Below, in pieces: positions 11,937-21,351 of a stretch of 64,000 nucleotides of DNA. The DNA comes from Thermoplasmata archaeon (GTDB lineage: Archaea > Thermoplasmatota > Thermoplasmata > Lutacidiplasmatales > UBA184), in contig JAJZYB010000007.1 in assembly GCA_021806135.1 (NCBI GenBank), positions 217 through 64,216 on the forward strand, given 5' to 3'. A model generated the notes under the pieces. It ran no database searches. It was not told where the DNA came from and was given only the letters and a program-made list of their open reading frames with translations. Within the stretch, counting starts at the first letter, position 1, and every line of letters begins with the position of its first letter. The position numbers were made by a program, and so were the translations under genes.

Positions 11937-12472
11937 CTACCGGCCTTCCCCTTCGACCTCAAAGGGTTTCCCGGGCCGCGTCCAGTCCGCCACACTGGAT
12001 TTAGTTTGCGGCGAAAACTGCTTTGGGATGGTGAGCGGGGGGTCCTCGGCTTGCCGGAGGGTCACCGTTTCCCGGCCGCCGGCGTCTTGTTCGTGGTGCG
12101 GCCAGTTGGACTGGCTGCTGAGCCGCCCCGTCGCTGGGGGCGTGCTGGCGACCCTGGAGGAGGGGTGACGCGCTTACCTCTGAAGACCCCGAGGAAATCC
12201 ATCCCGTAAGTCGCACGCCCTGTCCAGGGGTGTGGCCTCGAGCCCACGACGCCCGGTGTCTACTCTGGTCCGTCCTACGGACGAGCCTGCCACAGAGCCT
12301 GGGCGCCGTCACCGACGAGAGGTTCTGGGACCGCGTCCCGGAAGACGCGAACCTCTGTAGGGGAGTTCGGGCGAGTGTAGACACTCTCCCTTCCGTCGGG
12401 GGGCTCGAGACCATGCGAGCCCATGGGACAGGAGATGGCCTGCCCTTCCCCGGGCCCCCGCCGTCGCATGCG

Positions 12473-13306
12473 CTACTTGGTCCTCAGGGCCCGGGCGGCG
12501 AGGAAGAGGGCAAGGGCGACCAGGCCAACGGCCCAGGCCAACAGCCCCAGCAGATAGACGTAGACCGGGTGAGGGTAGTAGGAACTCCCGAAGAACGTCT
12601 CCCGCATCACGTCCACCGCCAGGGAGATCGGGTTGTAGGCCGTGATGTTCTGGAGCCAACCCGGCTCGGTCCCGACCGGATACAGGGCGTTCGAGGTGAA
12701 CAGGAGCGGGAGGTTGAGGAGGTTCACCACCCCGAAGTACGACTCCACCCGGGAGAAGAGGAAGCCAAAGGCGAGGAACAGGGAGGTGAAGGCGATGGCC
12801 AGGATGAAGACGGCCAGGATGACGGCCCCCACTCCCAGGGCCCCGACGTTCTGGGTGACGGTCATCCCCACCAATCCGGGGACGTGGGCGAAGGCCAGCG
12901 CCAGGCCGAGGACGATGAAGATGGGGAGGACCACCAGGAACCCCCTAAAGAGCAGGATGGAGGAGAAGATCGTGCTCCGACGGACCGGGGTGGCAATGGT
13001 CCGTTGCATGATCCCGAGCTGCTTGTCGAAGATCACGCCGGTGCCGGCGAAGAGGGCCGAGGTCACCGCCACCAGGCCCACCATGCCCACCGCGAAGTAG
13101 GAGAAGTAGTCCGGGGCGCCCCAGAGCGCCGCCCGGAGCGCAGCCTCGCCCTGGGGAGAGCTCCCCACGAGGGCCCCCAGGTTGAAGGCCTGGCCGAAGA
13201 GCAGGAGGTACAGGATGGGGGTCATGAGCCCGGCCACGATCCACATGGGGGCCCGGACCCAGCGTAGATACTCCCGTTTCAGCAGGGCGAAGAGCTCGAC
13301 CAGCAT
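12473..13306 (-). CDS. ABC-2 type transporter permease (DrrB-like)
   Basis: Six TM helices, LLFTSNALYP...PGWLQ..YNP; overlaps the ATPase stop codon. Confidence 0.9.
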   Translation of the reverse strand: MLVELFALLKREYLRWVRAPMWIVAGLMTPILYLLLFGQAFNLGALVGSSPQGEAALRAALWGAPDYFSYFAVGMVGLVAVTSALFAGTGVIFDKQLGIMQRTIATPVRRSTIFSSILLFRGFLVVLPIFIVLGLALAFAHVPGLVGMTVTQNVGALGVGAVILAVFILAIAFTSLFLAFGFLFSRVESYFGVVNLLNLPLLFTSNALYPVGTEPGWLQNITAYNPISLAVDVMRETFFGSSYYPHPVYVYLLGLLAWAVGLVALALFLAARALRTK

Positions 13307-14334
13307 CAGCGTCCTCCCCTGGCCCGGGCGCCGAAGGCAGAGGCCTGGGCCGCCCGGCCGTCATCGTAGCCCTCCTCGCGGTACGCCTTCCCGGTGAGTT
13401 CCAGGAAGACCCGGTCGATGCTCGGGCGCTTGACCGTGATCCCCTCCGGCGTGACCCCGGCGCCGTCACAGGCCATCACCAGGGCCGATACCAGCCCCTC
13501 GGCCCGGGAGCACTTCACCTGGTAGAGGTCCCCTTCCCGCCGGACCTCCCGGACCCCGGGGACCCCCCGCAGGGTCTCGGTGAGGTCCCGGGCGGCGCCG
13601 GGCGTCCGCAGTTCCACCACGTCGCCCCCGACCTTCTCCTTGAGGGCATCGTTGGTCCCGGTGGCGATGATGCGGCCGTGGTCGATGATGGCGATGCGGT
13701 CGCAGAGGTTCTCGACCTCGTCCAGGTAGTGGGTGGTCATGAAGATCGTCACCTGCTGCTCCCGCCGGAGCTCCTGGATGTAGCGCCAGAAGCCGGCCCG
13801 TCCCTGGGGGTCCAACCCAATGGTCGGCTCGTCCAGAAAGAGGATCTTCGGGGTGTGGACCATGGCGACCGCCAGCTCCAGGCGACGTTTCATCCCCCCG
13901 GAGTAGCCCTTCACCCGGCGGTCCCCGGCGTCGGCGAGATCCATCCGGGCGAGGAGCATCTCGATGGGGGCCCGGCACTCGGCCGGGGTCATCCCGAAGA
14001 GCCCGCCGGCGAGGATCAGGTTCTCCCGGCCCGTGAGCTCCCCGTCCGCCGTGGAGTCCTGAAAGACAAGGCCGATCTCCCGGCGCACCTGCGCCGCCTG
14101 GGTGGCCACGTCGAGGCCCGCCACCATGGCGCGTCCCCGGGTGGGCGTCAGCAGGGTGGTGAGCATGGAGACCGTGGTCGTCTTCCCGGCCCCGTTGGGG
14201 CCCAGGAAGCCGAAGATCTCCCCGGGCGCCACCTCGAAGGAGACCCCTTTGACGGCCTCCAACTTTCCGCCGTAGGTCTTGCCCAGGTCCTCCACCTGGA
14301 TCACGGCCTCTCCCGGCGGACGCGCGGAGTTCAC
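13306..14334 (-). CDS. ABC transporter ATP-binding protein (DrrA-like)
   Basis: GPNGAGKTT, YSGGMKRRL, LFLDEPT, TTHY. Confidence 0.95.
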   Translation of the reverse strand: MNSARPPGEAVIQVEDLGKTYGGKLEAVKGVSFEVAPGEIFGFLGPNGAGKTTTVSMLTTLLTPTRGRAMVAGLDVATQAAQVRREIGLVFQDSTADGELTGRENLILAGGLFGMTPAECRAPIEMLLARMDLADAGDRRVKGYSGGMKRRLELAVAMVHTPKILFLDEPTIGLDPQGRAGFWRYIQELRREQQVTIFMTTHYLDEVENLCDRIAIIDHGRIIATGTNDALKEKVGGDVVELRTPGAARDLTETLRGVPGVREVRREGDLYQVKCSRAEGLVSALVMACDGAGVTPEGITVKRPSIDRVFLELTGKAYREEGYDDGRAAQASAFGARARGGR

Positions 14335-14389
14335 GGCCCTCCCGGGTAGGGCGGTCGGGCTCTCCCGGGGGCGGGGGCCGGGAGGGGGT

Positions 14390-14812
14390 TCACGCGGTCA
14401 GCCTCCGGAGCCGCTCGAGGAGATCGGTCAGCCTAGGGAGCTGCGCCTGGAACCCGGTGGGGTCGGAGCGTCTCAGGTCCTCCAGGTAGGCGACGAAACC
14501 GGAGAGCTCACGGACCGCCTCCTCCGGGGTCCTCGGCAGCGGACCGGCGAAGCCACCGCACCCCCAGGGGCTGGACCGGAGGCGTTCCGTGAGCTGATAG
14601 CGTCCATCCGGCCGTTTCTCGATGAGCCCTTCCCCCGTCAGCTGTTCGAGCAAAGGGTAGATCGATCCGGGGGAAGGGCGCCACCAGCCATGGGTGGCGG
14701 TGTCCATGTCCTGGAGGATCTCTGCGCCGGTCCGGGGGCTGCGAGCGAGGATCTGGAGGACCCAGTATCGGAGGCCCCTCGGGTGCTTCTGGCCTCTGCG
14801 GACGCCCCACAT
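14390..14812 (-). CDS. PadR family transcriptional regulator
   Basis: LRYWVLQIL...WRPSPGSIYPLLEQL..EGLI...YQLT. Confidence 0.9.
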   Translation of the reverse strand: MWGVRRGQKHPRGLRYWVLQILARSPRTGAEILQDMDTATHGWWRPSPGSIYPLLEQLTGEGLIEKRPDGRYQLTERLRSSPWGCGGFAGPLPRTPEEAVRELSGFVAYLEDLRRSDPTGFQAQLPRLTDLLERLRRLTA

Positions 14813-14826
14813 GGCTCGGAAAAACG

Positions 14827-14844
14827 ATATCGATTAACCGATAT
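14827..14844. promoter_or_regulatory. Near-perfect 18-bp palindrome, candidate PadR operator overlapping the TATA region
   Basis: ATATCG-attaac-CGATAT, 15-32 bp upstream of the padR start, in an AT-rich patch. Confidence 0.6.
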
Positions 14845-14885
14845 AAGGGCTTGGGGCGCCCATGGCAGGCGCTCCCTTCCAGCCT

Positions 14886-15803
14886 CTACTCGTCATCTCG
14901 CCGGCGCCGGAACCGCCGGCGCACGGGTCCCCCCGGTGCTGGCCTTCCTTCCCGGTCCCCGCCGGCCGGACGGTCCCGCCCATAGCCCCCACCGGACCCC
15001 CCTCCTCCGAACCCGCCACCACGGCCACCGCCGTAGCTCCGGCCCGGGCCGGAGTCCCGGAAGTTCGTCCTCGGCCGGTATCCGCCGCCCGGGCGGCCAC
15101 CCCCGCCCTCCCGGCGTCCGTAGCCCCCTCCTCCCCGGCCATAACCCCCCCGGCCACCTCCTCCTCCCCGGGACTCCCGGGGTGGGAGGGTGAACTGGTT
15201 GCCGCACGACGTGCAGACACCGGTCACTGATCCATCCTCGTTCGGAGTGAACCGGAGCGGGGCTCCGCACTCACGGCACCCGCGTCGGGGCGCTGCCTCT
15301 TCCCGGCCCCAGCCAGAGCGTGCCTGGGGACGTGGACGGTCCCAGCCTCCTTCCCGACGGGGGGGGGCTGGCCGGCCCAGCTGGAAGGTGAATTGGCTCG
15401 AGCATTGCTGGCAGGTCCCGATCACTTGCCCCTCCTCGTTCTCCTCGAACGAGAGCGCCTCGCCGCACTTCCGGCAGCCTCGGGTGAAGCCTCGGTCCCC
15501 TTCGCGGGACCCCTCCGAAGCGCGGGTCCGGAACCGGGGCCGGGAGGGCTTTGGCCTCTCCTCCTCTTCGTCCTCGTCCTCCTCCTCGTCCTCCCCGCCC
15601 GCCATATCGGGGGTGGCCGGGTCCGCGTGCGCGTTCTCCTCGGCCCCTTCCGGGGCGGGAGGGGTTGCGGCCGAGCCCACCTCAAAGGAGTTGCCGCAGA
15701 CCTCACAGACGGCGGATTGGCTCCCGTCCTCGTTCTCTCGAATGGCCAGGTCTCCGCCACAGTCCGGGCAGGTCTTCGTCATGGGTGCCCGAGTGGCAGA
15801 CAT
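14886..15803 (-). CDS. Hypothetical protein with three Zn-ribbon repeats and an RG/RGG-rich tail
   Basis: Three CxxCG-x~17-CxxC repeats, an acidic linker and a Gly/Arg/Tyr-rich C-terminus. Start at 15803 or 15782. Confidence 0.85.
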   Translation of the reverse strand: MSATRAPMTKTCPDCGGDLAIRENEDGSQSAVCEVCGNSFEVGSAATPPAPEGAEENAHADPATPDMAGGEDEEEDEDEEEERPKPSRPRFRTRASEGSREGDRGFTRGCRKCGEALSFEENEEGQVIGTCQQCSSQFTFQLGRPAPPRREGGWDRPRPQARSGWGREEAAPRRGCRECGAPLRFTPNEDGSVTGVCTSCGNQFTLPPRESRGGGGGRGGYGRGGGGYGRREGGGGRPGGGYRPRTNFRDSGPGRSYGGGRGGGFGGGGSGGGYGRDRPAGGDREGRPAPGGPVRRRFRRRRDDE

Positions 15804-16156
15804 CTGGCCTACTTCATGACCACCCAACGGCCCGGGAGGGGCTCCGGGCGGGGGTTCGCCTAGGGAATCGACCGGGAGGGCCCGTTCTCCTGAGTGCCGG
15901 ACGCCAAGGCGGAGTGGGCTCCAAAGGGGCCCTCGTCCCCTTCCTCCTCCCCTTCGTCCGCGGGAAAGGGCTGGGGGTAGGGGTGGGGAGCCGGGATCGG
16001 AGGCCGGGGGGGGAACTGCTGCGCCAAGGTCTTCCTGGGGCGGGGTCGGTTCTCGGTCACTAGGTTGGCCGGACGCCCTCCAGGTCTTAATCTTGTGCTT
16101 GGGAGGCCCGGCCCCAGGATACGAGGGCTGATGCCCCCGGCTGCTCTCCGCCGCCC

Positions 16157-17035
16157 GTGCCGGTGACCGAGGACCTGCTCCTCCTGGTGGCCCTGGCGGG
16201 GGGGTTCGCTCTCGGTCGGGCGCACCCGCTGCCCCGTCAGGGCCTCTGGGCCACCCGGGCCACCATCCTTCTCTTGGTGGGCTCTCTTGGCGTCTTCCTC
16301 TCCGGCGAGGGTCCCATCAGCCCCCTTGGGGTCCTGCTCCCCTCCCTCCTGGTGGCCGCCGTCCTGGTTGGCGCGACCACCCTGCTGGTCCGGGTGATCT
16401 CTGGAAGCCGTTCCCGGACCCCCCGCCCGGTCCGGGGAAAGCTCACCCGCTCCAGCTGGCTGTTCCCCCCCGCGATCTTGTCCTCGCTCCTCGTCGGATA
16501 CGCGTTGGGATCCCTCCTCCCTTCCCTCCGGCCAGGCGGGCCACCCGGGATCGAGCTCTTCCTCCTCGCTCTGCTCTTCCTCGTGGGCTGGGATGCCCAG
16601 GTGAACCTCCACAGCCTCAAGCAGGCGCCTCTACCGCTGGCCGGCGCCTTTCTGGGCGCCCTGCTCGCCACGCCCCTCCTCCTCCTGCTCACCGGTGAGG
16701 CGTGGAACGTCGCGCTCGCCACCACCTTCGCGTTCAGCTGGTACACCCTCGCCGGACCCGCGGTCTCCCAGGCCGTCTCTCCCACCGCCGGGCTCATCGC
16801 GTTCCTCGTGAACTTCCTGAGGGAGGACCTGACCATGCTGACAGCCCCCTGGCTGGGAGCCTTTGCGGGAGCCGAGGGGATCGCCGCCTGTGGCGGGGCC
16901 GCCTCCATGGATACCACGCTCTACTTCGTCACCACCTACGGTAGAAAGGACGCGGCCGCCCTCGGGTTGGCCGTGGGGACGGTGCTGACCCTCCTCGCTC
17001 CGATCCTCCTGGGGGTCCTCCTTTCGGGGATCTGA
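16157..17035 (+). CDS. LysO/DUF340 family transporter
   Basis: FSWYTLAG, NFLRE, GGAASMDTTL signatures. Confidence 0.85.
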   Translation: MPVTEDLLLLVALAGGFALGRAHPLPRQGLWATRATILLLVGSLGVFLSGEGPISPLGVLLPSLLVAAVLVGATTLLVRVISGSRSRTPRPVRGKLTRSSWLFPPAILSSLLVGYALGSLLPSLRPGGPPGIELFLLALLFLVGWDAQVNLHSLKQAPLPLAGAFLGALLATPLLLLLTGEAWNVALATTFAFSWYTLAGPAVSQAVSPTAGLIAFLVNFLREDLTMLTAPWLGAFAGAEGIAACGGAASMDTTLYFVTTYGRKDAAALGLAVGTVLTLLAPILLGVLLSGI

Positions 17036-17141
17036 CCCGGCCACACGTCCCCCCCGGAAACGGCCCGGGTACGGGTCCCATCGGCCACGCTTGACCGAAG
17101 CCTTTTAGCGCGGACACCGGGTGCGGTCGGACGAGGCGAAC

Positions 17142-18539
17142 ATGGTCACTTCCACCGCCCGGACGAACCCTCCTGAGACGCCCCGACCGACGCCGAAGGC
17201 CTCCCGGGGGGTAGAGATCAGGACGGAGCTCCCCGGGCCCAAGGGGAAGGCCATCGTGGAAAAGGACCAGCGCTACCTGATGACCTCCACGAAGACGGCC
17301 CCCATCGTCGCGGACCATGCGGAGGGGGTCTGGGTCACCGACGTCGACGGGAACCGGTTCCTGGACTTCGCCGCCGGGGTGGGCGTGATCAACACCGGCC
17401 ACTGCCACCCCACGGTGGTGCAGGCGGTCCAGGACCAGGCCTCCCGGCTGATGCACTTCGCCGGCACCGACTACTACTACGAAGTGCAGGCCCGGCTGGC
17501 CGAGAAGCTCGCCCGTTCCGCCCCCGGTCCGGCGGAGAGGAAGGTCTTCTTCGTGAACTCCGGCACCGAGAGCGTGGAAGCCGCGCTCAAGCTCGCCCGG
17601 TGGAACACGGGGCGCCCGCTCTTCCTCGGCCTCATCGGGGCCTTCCACGGCCGGACCATGGGCTCCCTGACCATGACCGCCAGCAAGGCCCCCCAGCGCC
17701 GGCGGTTCAACCCCCAGGCCGGGGGAGGCTTCCACATCCCGCCTCCCAACTGCTACCGCTGCCCGTACAAGCTCGAGTATCCCAGCTGCGGGCTTTACTG
17801 CCTGAAGATCCTGGACGAGCTCTACTTCCCCAGCGTCCTTCCCCCCGAGGACGTGGCTGCCTTCGTCACGGAACCGGTCATGGGGGAGGGCGGGTACATC
17901 GTCCCTCCCAAGGACTACTTCACCACCGCCGAGAGGATCCTCAAGCCCCACGGGATCCTCCTCGTGGATGACGAGGTCCAGGCCGGGATGGGCCGGACCG
18001 GCAAGCTCTGGGCCATCGAGCACTTCTCCGTCACGCCGGAGATCCTCACCTCGGCCAAGGCGCTGGGAGGAGGCCTCCCGCTGGGGGCGACGATCTTCAA
18101 CAAGGAGCTGGACTACTCCTACCAGGGTGCACACTCCAACACGTTCGGAGGGAATCCCGTGGCCTGCGCGGCCGCCCTGGCCACCTTCGACGTCTACGAG
18201 CACGAACACCTGCTGGAGAACGCGCGGCGCCAGGGCGACTATCTGAAGAAGCGGTTGGAGGAGCTCCAGACCCGCTACGAGGTCATGGGCGATGTCCGGG
18301 GGTTGGGGCTCATGGTCGCCACAGAGTTCGTGAAGGACCGGCGGACCAAGGAGCCGGCCGTGAAGCTCAGGGACCGGGTGGAGACCGAGGCCTACCGCCG
18401 GGGACTGATCCTGCTCGGCTGCGGCGCCTCGGCGCTGAGGTTCATTCCCCCCCTGGTGGTCGAGGAGGCCCACCTCGACGAGGCGGTGGAGGTCCTGGAG
18501 GCCTCGCTGAAGGCCGCCCTCGCGTCGAAACCCACCTAA
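17142..18539 (+). CDS. Class III PLP aminotransferase (acetylornithine/4-aminobutyrate family)
   Basis: NSGTES, AFHGRT, EPVMGEGG, DEVQAGMGRTG, SAKALGGG. Confidence 0.93.
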   Translation: MVTSTARTNPPETPRPTPKASRGVEIRTELPGPKGKAIVEKDQRYLMTSTKTAPIVADHAEGVWVTDVDGNRFLDFAAGVGVINTGHCHPTVVQAVQDQASRLMHFAGTDYYYEVQARLAEKLARSAPGPAERKVFFVNSGTESVEAALKLARWNTGRPLFLGLIGAFHGRTMGSLTMTASKAPQRRRFNPQAGGGFHIPPPNCYRCPYKLEYPSCGLYCLKILDELYFPSVLPPEDVAAFVTEPVMGEGGYIVPPKDYFTTAERILKPHGILLVDDEVQAGMGRTGKLWAIEHFSVTPEILTSAKALGGGLPLGATIFNKELDYSYQGAHSNTFGGNPVACAAALATFDVYEHEHLLENARRQGDYLKKRLEELQTRYEVMGDVRGLGLMVATEFVKDRRTKEPAVKLRDRVETEAYRRGLILLGCGASALRFIPPLVVEEAHLDEAVEVLEASLKAALASKPT

Positions 18540-18560
18540 CCGCCCTGCGGAACGAGTCCG

Positions 18561-19592
18561 GTGCGTAGCGCGCTCTTGACCTCCGAAGGGCTCTCCCTCG
18601 CCTCTCTCCCGGACCCTTCGCCGCCCCGGGGGGGCCTCCTGGTCGCCCTCCGCGCCTGCGGCGTCTGTGGGACCGATCTGGAGAAGGTGCGGGGCGGGTA
18701 CCGCGCCACCGGCCGCATCGGGCATGAACCCGCGGGAGTGGTCCGGGAGGTGGGTGAGGGGGTCGAAGGCTTCCACCCCGGGGACCGGGTCTTCGCCCAC
18801 CACCATGTCCCTTGCTACGCCTGTGAGGTCTGCCGCGCCGGGGCGTTCACCTTCTGCCCCGCGTTCCAGTCCACGAACCTGGACCCCGGCGGCTTCTCCG
18901 AGCTGTTCACGGTCTCCCGGGCCCACCTCGACCGGGGTGCCGTCCTCCCGCTCCCGGAACAGGTATCGGACGAGGAAGGGACCTTCGTTGAACCGCTGGG
19001 ATGCTGCCTGGAGGCCATCGCGGCCGTGGGGCCGGTGGAGGGAAGGCGGGTCCTCGTCCTGGGGCTCGGGCCCATCGGCCAGATGTACCTCCGTCTCCTG
19101 AGGACCTTCGGGGCCAGCTGGGTCGGCGCCGCTGACCTTTCCCCCGTCCGGCGGGCGCTGGGAGAGGGGGGCGGCGCGGACGAGCCCCTCGACCCCCGGG
19201 ACCCGGCGAGGCTCAAGGAACGGGTCCTCCGGGCCACCCACGGCACGGGGCCGGACCTGGTGGTGGTGGCCACGGGGGCTCCCAGCGCCATCGCCGAGGC
19301 CTGTCGTCTCGTCCGGCGGGGGGGCACGGTGAACCTCTTCGGCCTTCCCGAGAAAGGCCGTTCCCTGGAGGCTGAGCTCCAGGACCTCTACCTTCGAGGC
19401 ATCCGGCTCGTCCCCACCTACGCCACCACCGAGACCGGGACCTCCCGGGCCCTGGCCTTGCTGGCCGCCGGGCGGGTGAAGGTCTCCGACCTCGTGACCC
19501 ACCGGTTCCCGCTGGAGCGCATTGGGGAGGCCTTCTCCATGGCGGCCCGGACCGAGGAGGCCGTGAAGGTGCTCGTGACGGCCTCCCGGTGA
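18561..19592 (+). CDS. Zn-dependent alcohol/polyol dehydrogenase (MDR family)
   Basis: CGTD, GHE, CYACEVC...C structural Zn site, GLGPIG. Confidence 0.92.
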   Translation: MRSALLTSEGLSLASLPDPSPPRGGLLVALRACGVCGTDLEKVRGGYRATGRIGHEPAGVVREVGEGVEGFHPGDRVFAHHHVPCYACEVCRAGAFTFCPAFQSTNLDPGGFSELFTVSRAHLDRGAVLPLPEQVSDEEGTFVEPLGCCLEAIAAVGPVEGRRVLVLGLGPIGQMYLRLLRTFGASWVGAADLSPVRRALGEGGGADEPLDPRDPARLKERVLRATHGTGPDLVVVATGAPSAIAEACRLVRRGGTVNLFGLPEKGRSLEAELQDLYLRGIRLVPTYATTETGTSRALALLAAGRVKVSDLVTHRFPLERIGEAFSMAARTEEAVKVLVTASR

Positions 19593-19658
19593 GGTGGGCC
19601 GCCGGCTAGCAAGCGATAAGAAACGGTCGGCCCCTGGCCGGGTCCGAGGACCGAGACC

Positions 19659-20498
19659 ATGGACTGGGGCTGGCAGAACCGGATGGCGAGGATGTTCCCG
19701 GCTCCGACCGGGCGCACCGTGATGCTCGCGGTCGATCACGGCTATTTCATGGGCCCCACCCACGGCCTGGAGGTCCCCCGCCAGACCCTGGCCCCCCTCC
19801 TCGGCCTCTGCGACGCGGTGGCCCTCACCCGGGGTGTGCTGAGGACCAGCGTTCCGCCTTCCACCACGACCCCGGTGGTCCTCCGGGTCTCCGGGGGGGC
19901 CAGCGTGGTGGGGGCAGACCTCTCCCACGAGGCCCTGACCACCTCGGTGGAGGATGCCCTTCGCCTCAACGTCTCAGCGGTGGCCATGAGCGTCTTCGTC
20001 GGCTCCGCCCACGAGCATGAGAGCCTGGTGAACCTGGGAGCCCTGGTGAACCAGGGCGAGGCGGTGGGCCTTCCGGTCATGGGGATCACGGCGGTGGGCA
20101 AGGAGCTGGACAAGCGGGATGCCCGGTACCTCTCCCTGGCCTCACGGATCGCCGCTGAGCAGGGGGCACACGTGGTGAAGACCTACTACTGCGAGGACGG
20201 TTTCTCCCGGGTGGTGGAAGGATGCCCGGTGCCGATCGTGGTGGCCGGAGGGCCCCGTCTGGAGACGGACCGGGCCGTCCTGGAGCTGGTCCATGCCTCC
20301 ATCTCCGCCGGCGCCCGGGGGGTGGACATGGGCCGGAACATCTGGCAGTCCGACCATCCCGTGTCGATGCTCAAGGCCATCCGGTCCATCGTCCACGAGG
20401 ACTGCACCGTGAAGGAGGCGCTCCAGGCGCTGGAGGAGGCTCGCCTGGCCCCGACAGCCCGGGAGCCTCGCGCCGACGCCTCCCCCGTCCGGGCCTGA
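19659..20498 (+). CDS. lsrF: LsrF-like class I aldolase/thiolase
   Basis: MDWGWQNRM, AVDHGYFMGP, VKTYYC, AGGP, GVDMGRNIWQ. Confidence 0.88.
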   Translation: MDWGWQNRMARMFPAPTGRTVMLAVDHGYFMGPTHGLEVPRQTLAPLLGLCDAVALTRGVLRTSVPPSTTTPVVLRVSGGASVVGADLSHEALTTSVEDALRLNVSAVAMSVFVGSAHEHESLVNLGALVNQGEAVGLPVMGITAVGKELDKRDARYLSLASRIAAEQGAHVVKTYYCEDGFSRVVEGCPVPIVVAGGPRLETDRAVLELVHASISAGARGVDMGRNIWQSDHPVSMLKAIRSIVHEDCTVKEALQALEEARLAPTAREPRADASPVRA

Positions 20499-20529
20499 CG
20501 GGGCGCCTCCCCCCCCGGGCCGGGTCCGG

Positions 20530-21333
20530 GTGGAGGACCGTACCGTCCAGAGCCTGCTGACCCGTTCCCGCCGGGGCGCCCTTCACTACGGGTTCGCCTA
20601 CTCCGTGAACCCGTACCGGGGTTGTCCGCACGCCTGCGCCTACTGCTACGCCGACTCGGTCACCCGGGACGACCGGCCCTGGGGCTTGGTCCTCGACCGG
20701 AAGGTCGACGCCCCCCGGATCCTGGCCCGGGAGCTGCGGCAGGCTCCCCGGGGCCTGGTCTTGCTCTCCTCGGCCACCGACCCGTATCCTCCGGAGGAGG
20801 CGCATTCCCGTATCACCGAGGGATGCCTCCTCGCCCTCCGGGAGGCCGGCTTCCCCGTGAGCGTCCTCACCCGGAGCCCGTTGGTCCTGCGCGACCTTCC
20901 GCTCCTCCGGGCCTTTCCCGACGTGGAGGTGGGCTTCTCCTTCACCTCCTCCCGGGACCGACCGGACTACGAACCCCGGGTGCCGCCGGTGGCCTCCCGG
21001 TTGCGGGCGCTCCGCCGCCTCTCCGAGGGATCCATTCCCACCTTCGCCTCCGTGGCCCCGCTGCTGCCGGGGACCTCGTCGGAGGACCTCCGAGCGCTCG
21101 CGGAGGAGCTTGGGGAGGCGGGGGCGCGGGCGGCCTTCGTGGACCCCCTTTCGCTCTCCTCCTATCCCGCTGCGGCCCGCCGCATGCGGACGCTGGGAGG
21201 ACGGGAGTTCGCTCCCGGTGAGGCCGAGGAACTCCTCCGTCGGTTCGAGGCGGACGCCCAGCGGGTGGGCCTACCGGTCCATCGGAGGCTCTTCGCCTGG
21301 AGGCGGGAGGCCACTCCCGCCGCAGGAGGATAG
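20530..21333 (+). CDS. Radical SAM protein, spore-photoproduct-lyase-like (COG1533)
   Basis: NPYRGCPHACAYCYA, SSATDPY, LTRSPLVLRD. Confidence 0.88.
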   Translation: MEDRTVQSLLTRSRRGALHYGFAYSVNPYRGCPHACAYCYADSVTRDDRPWGLVLDRKVDAPRILARELRQAPRGLVLLSSATDPYPPEEAHSRITEGCLLALREAGFPVSVLTRSPLVLRDLPLLRAFPDVEVGFSFTSSRDRPDYEPRVPPVASRLRALRRLSEGSIPTFASVAPLLPGTSSEDLRALAEELGEAGARAAFVDPLSLSSYPAAARRMRTLGGREFAPGEAEELLRRFEADAQRVGLPVHRRLFAWRREATPAAGG

Positions 21334-21351
21334 ACGGCGTTCCGCCGCCGC

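Noticed and set aside
16929-19928. 999-aa ORF on the minus strand
   Set aside because: Antisense shadow of three well-supported plus-strand genes; no motifs.
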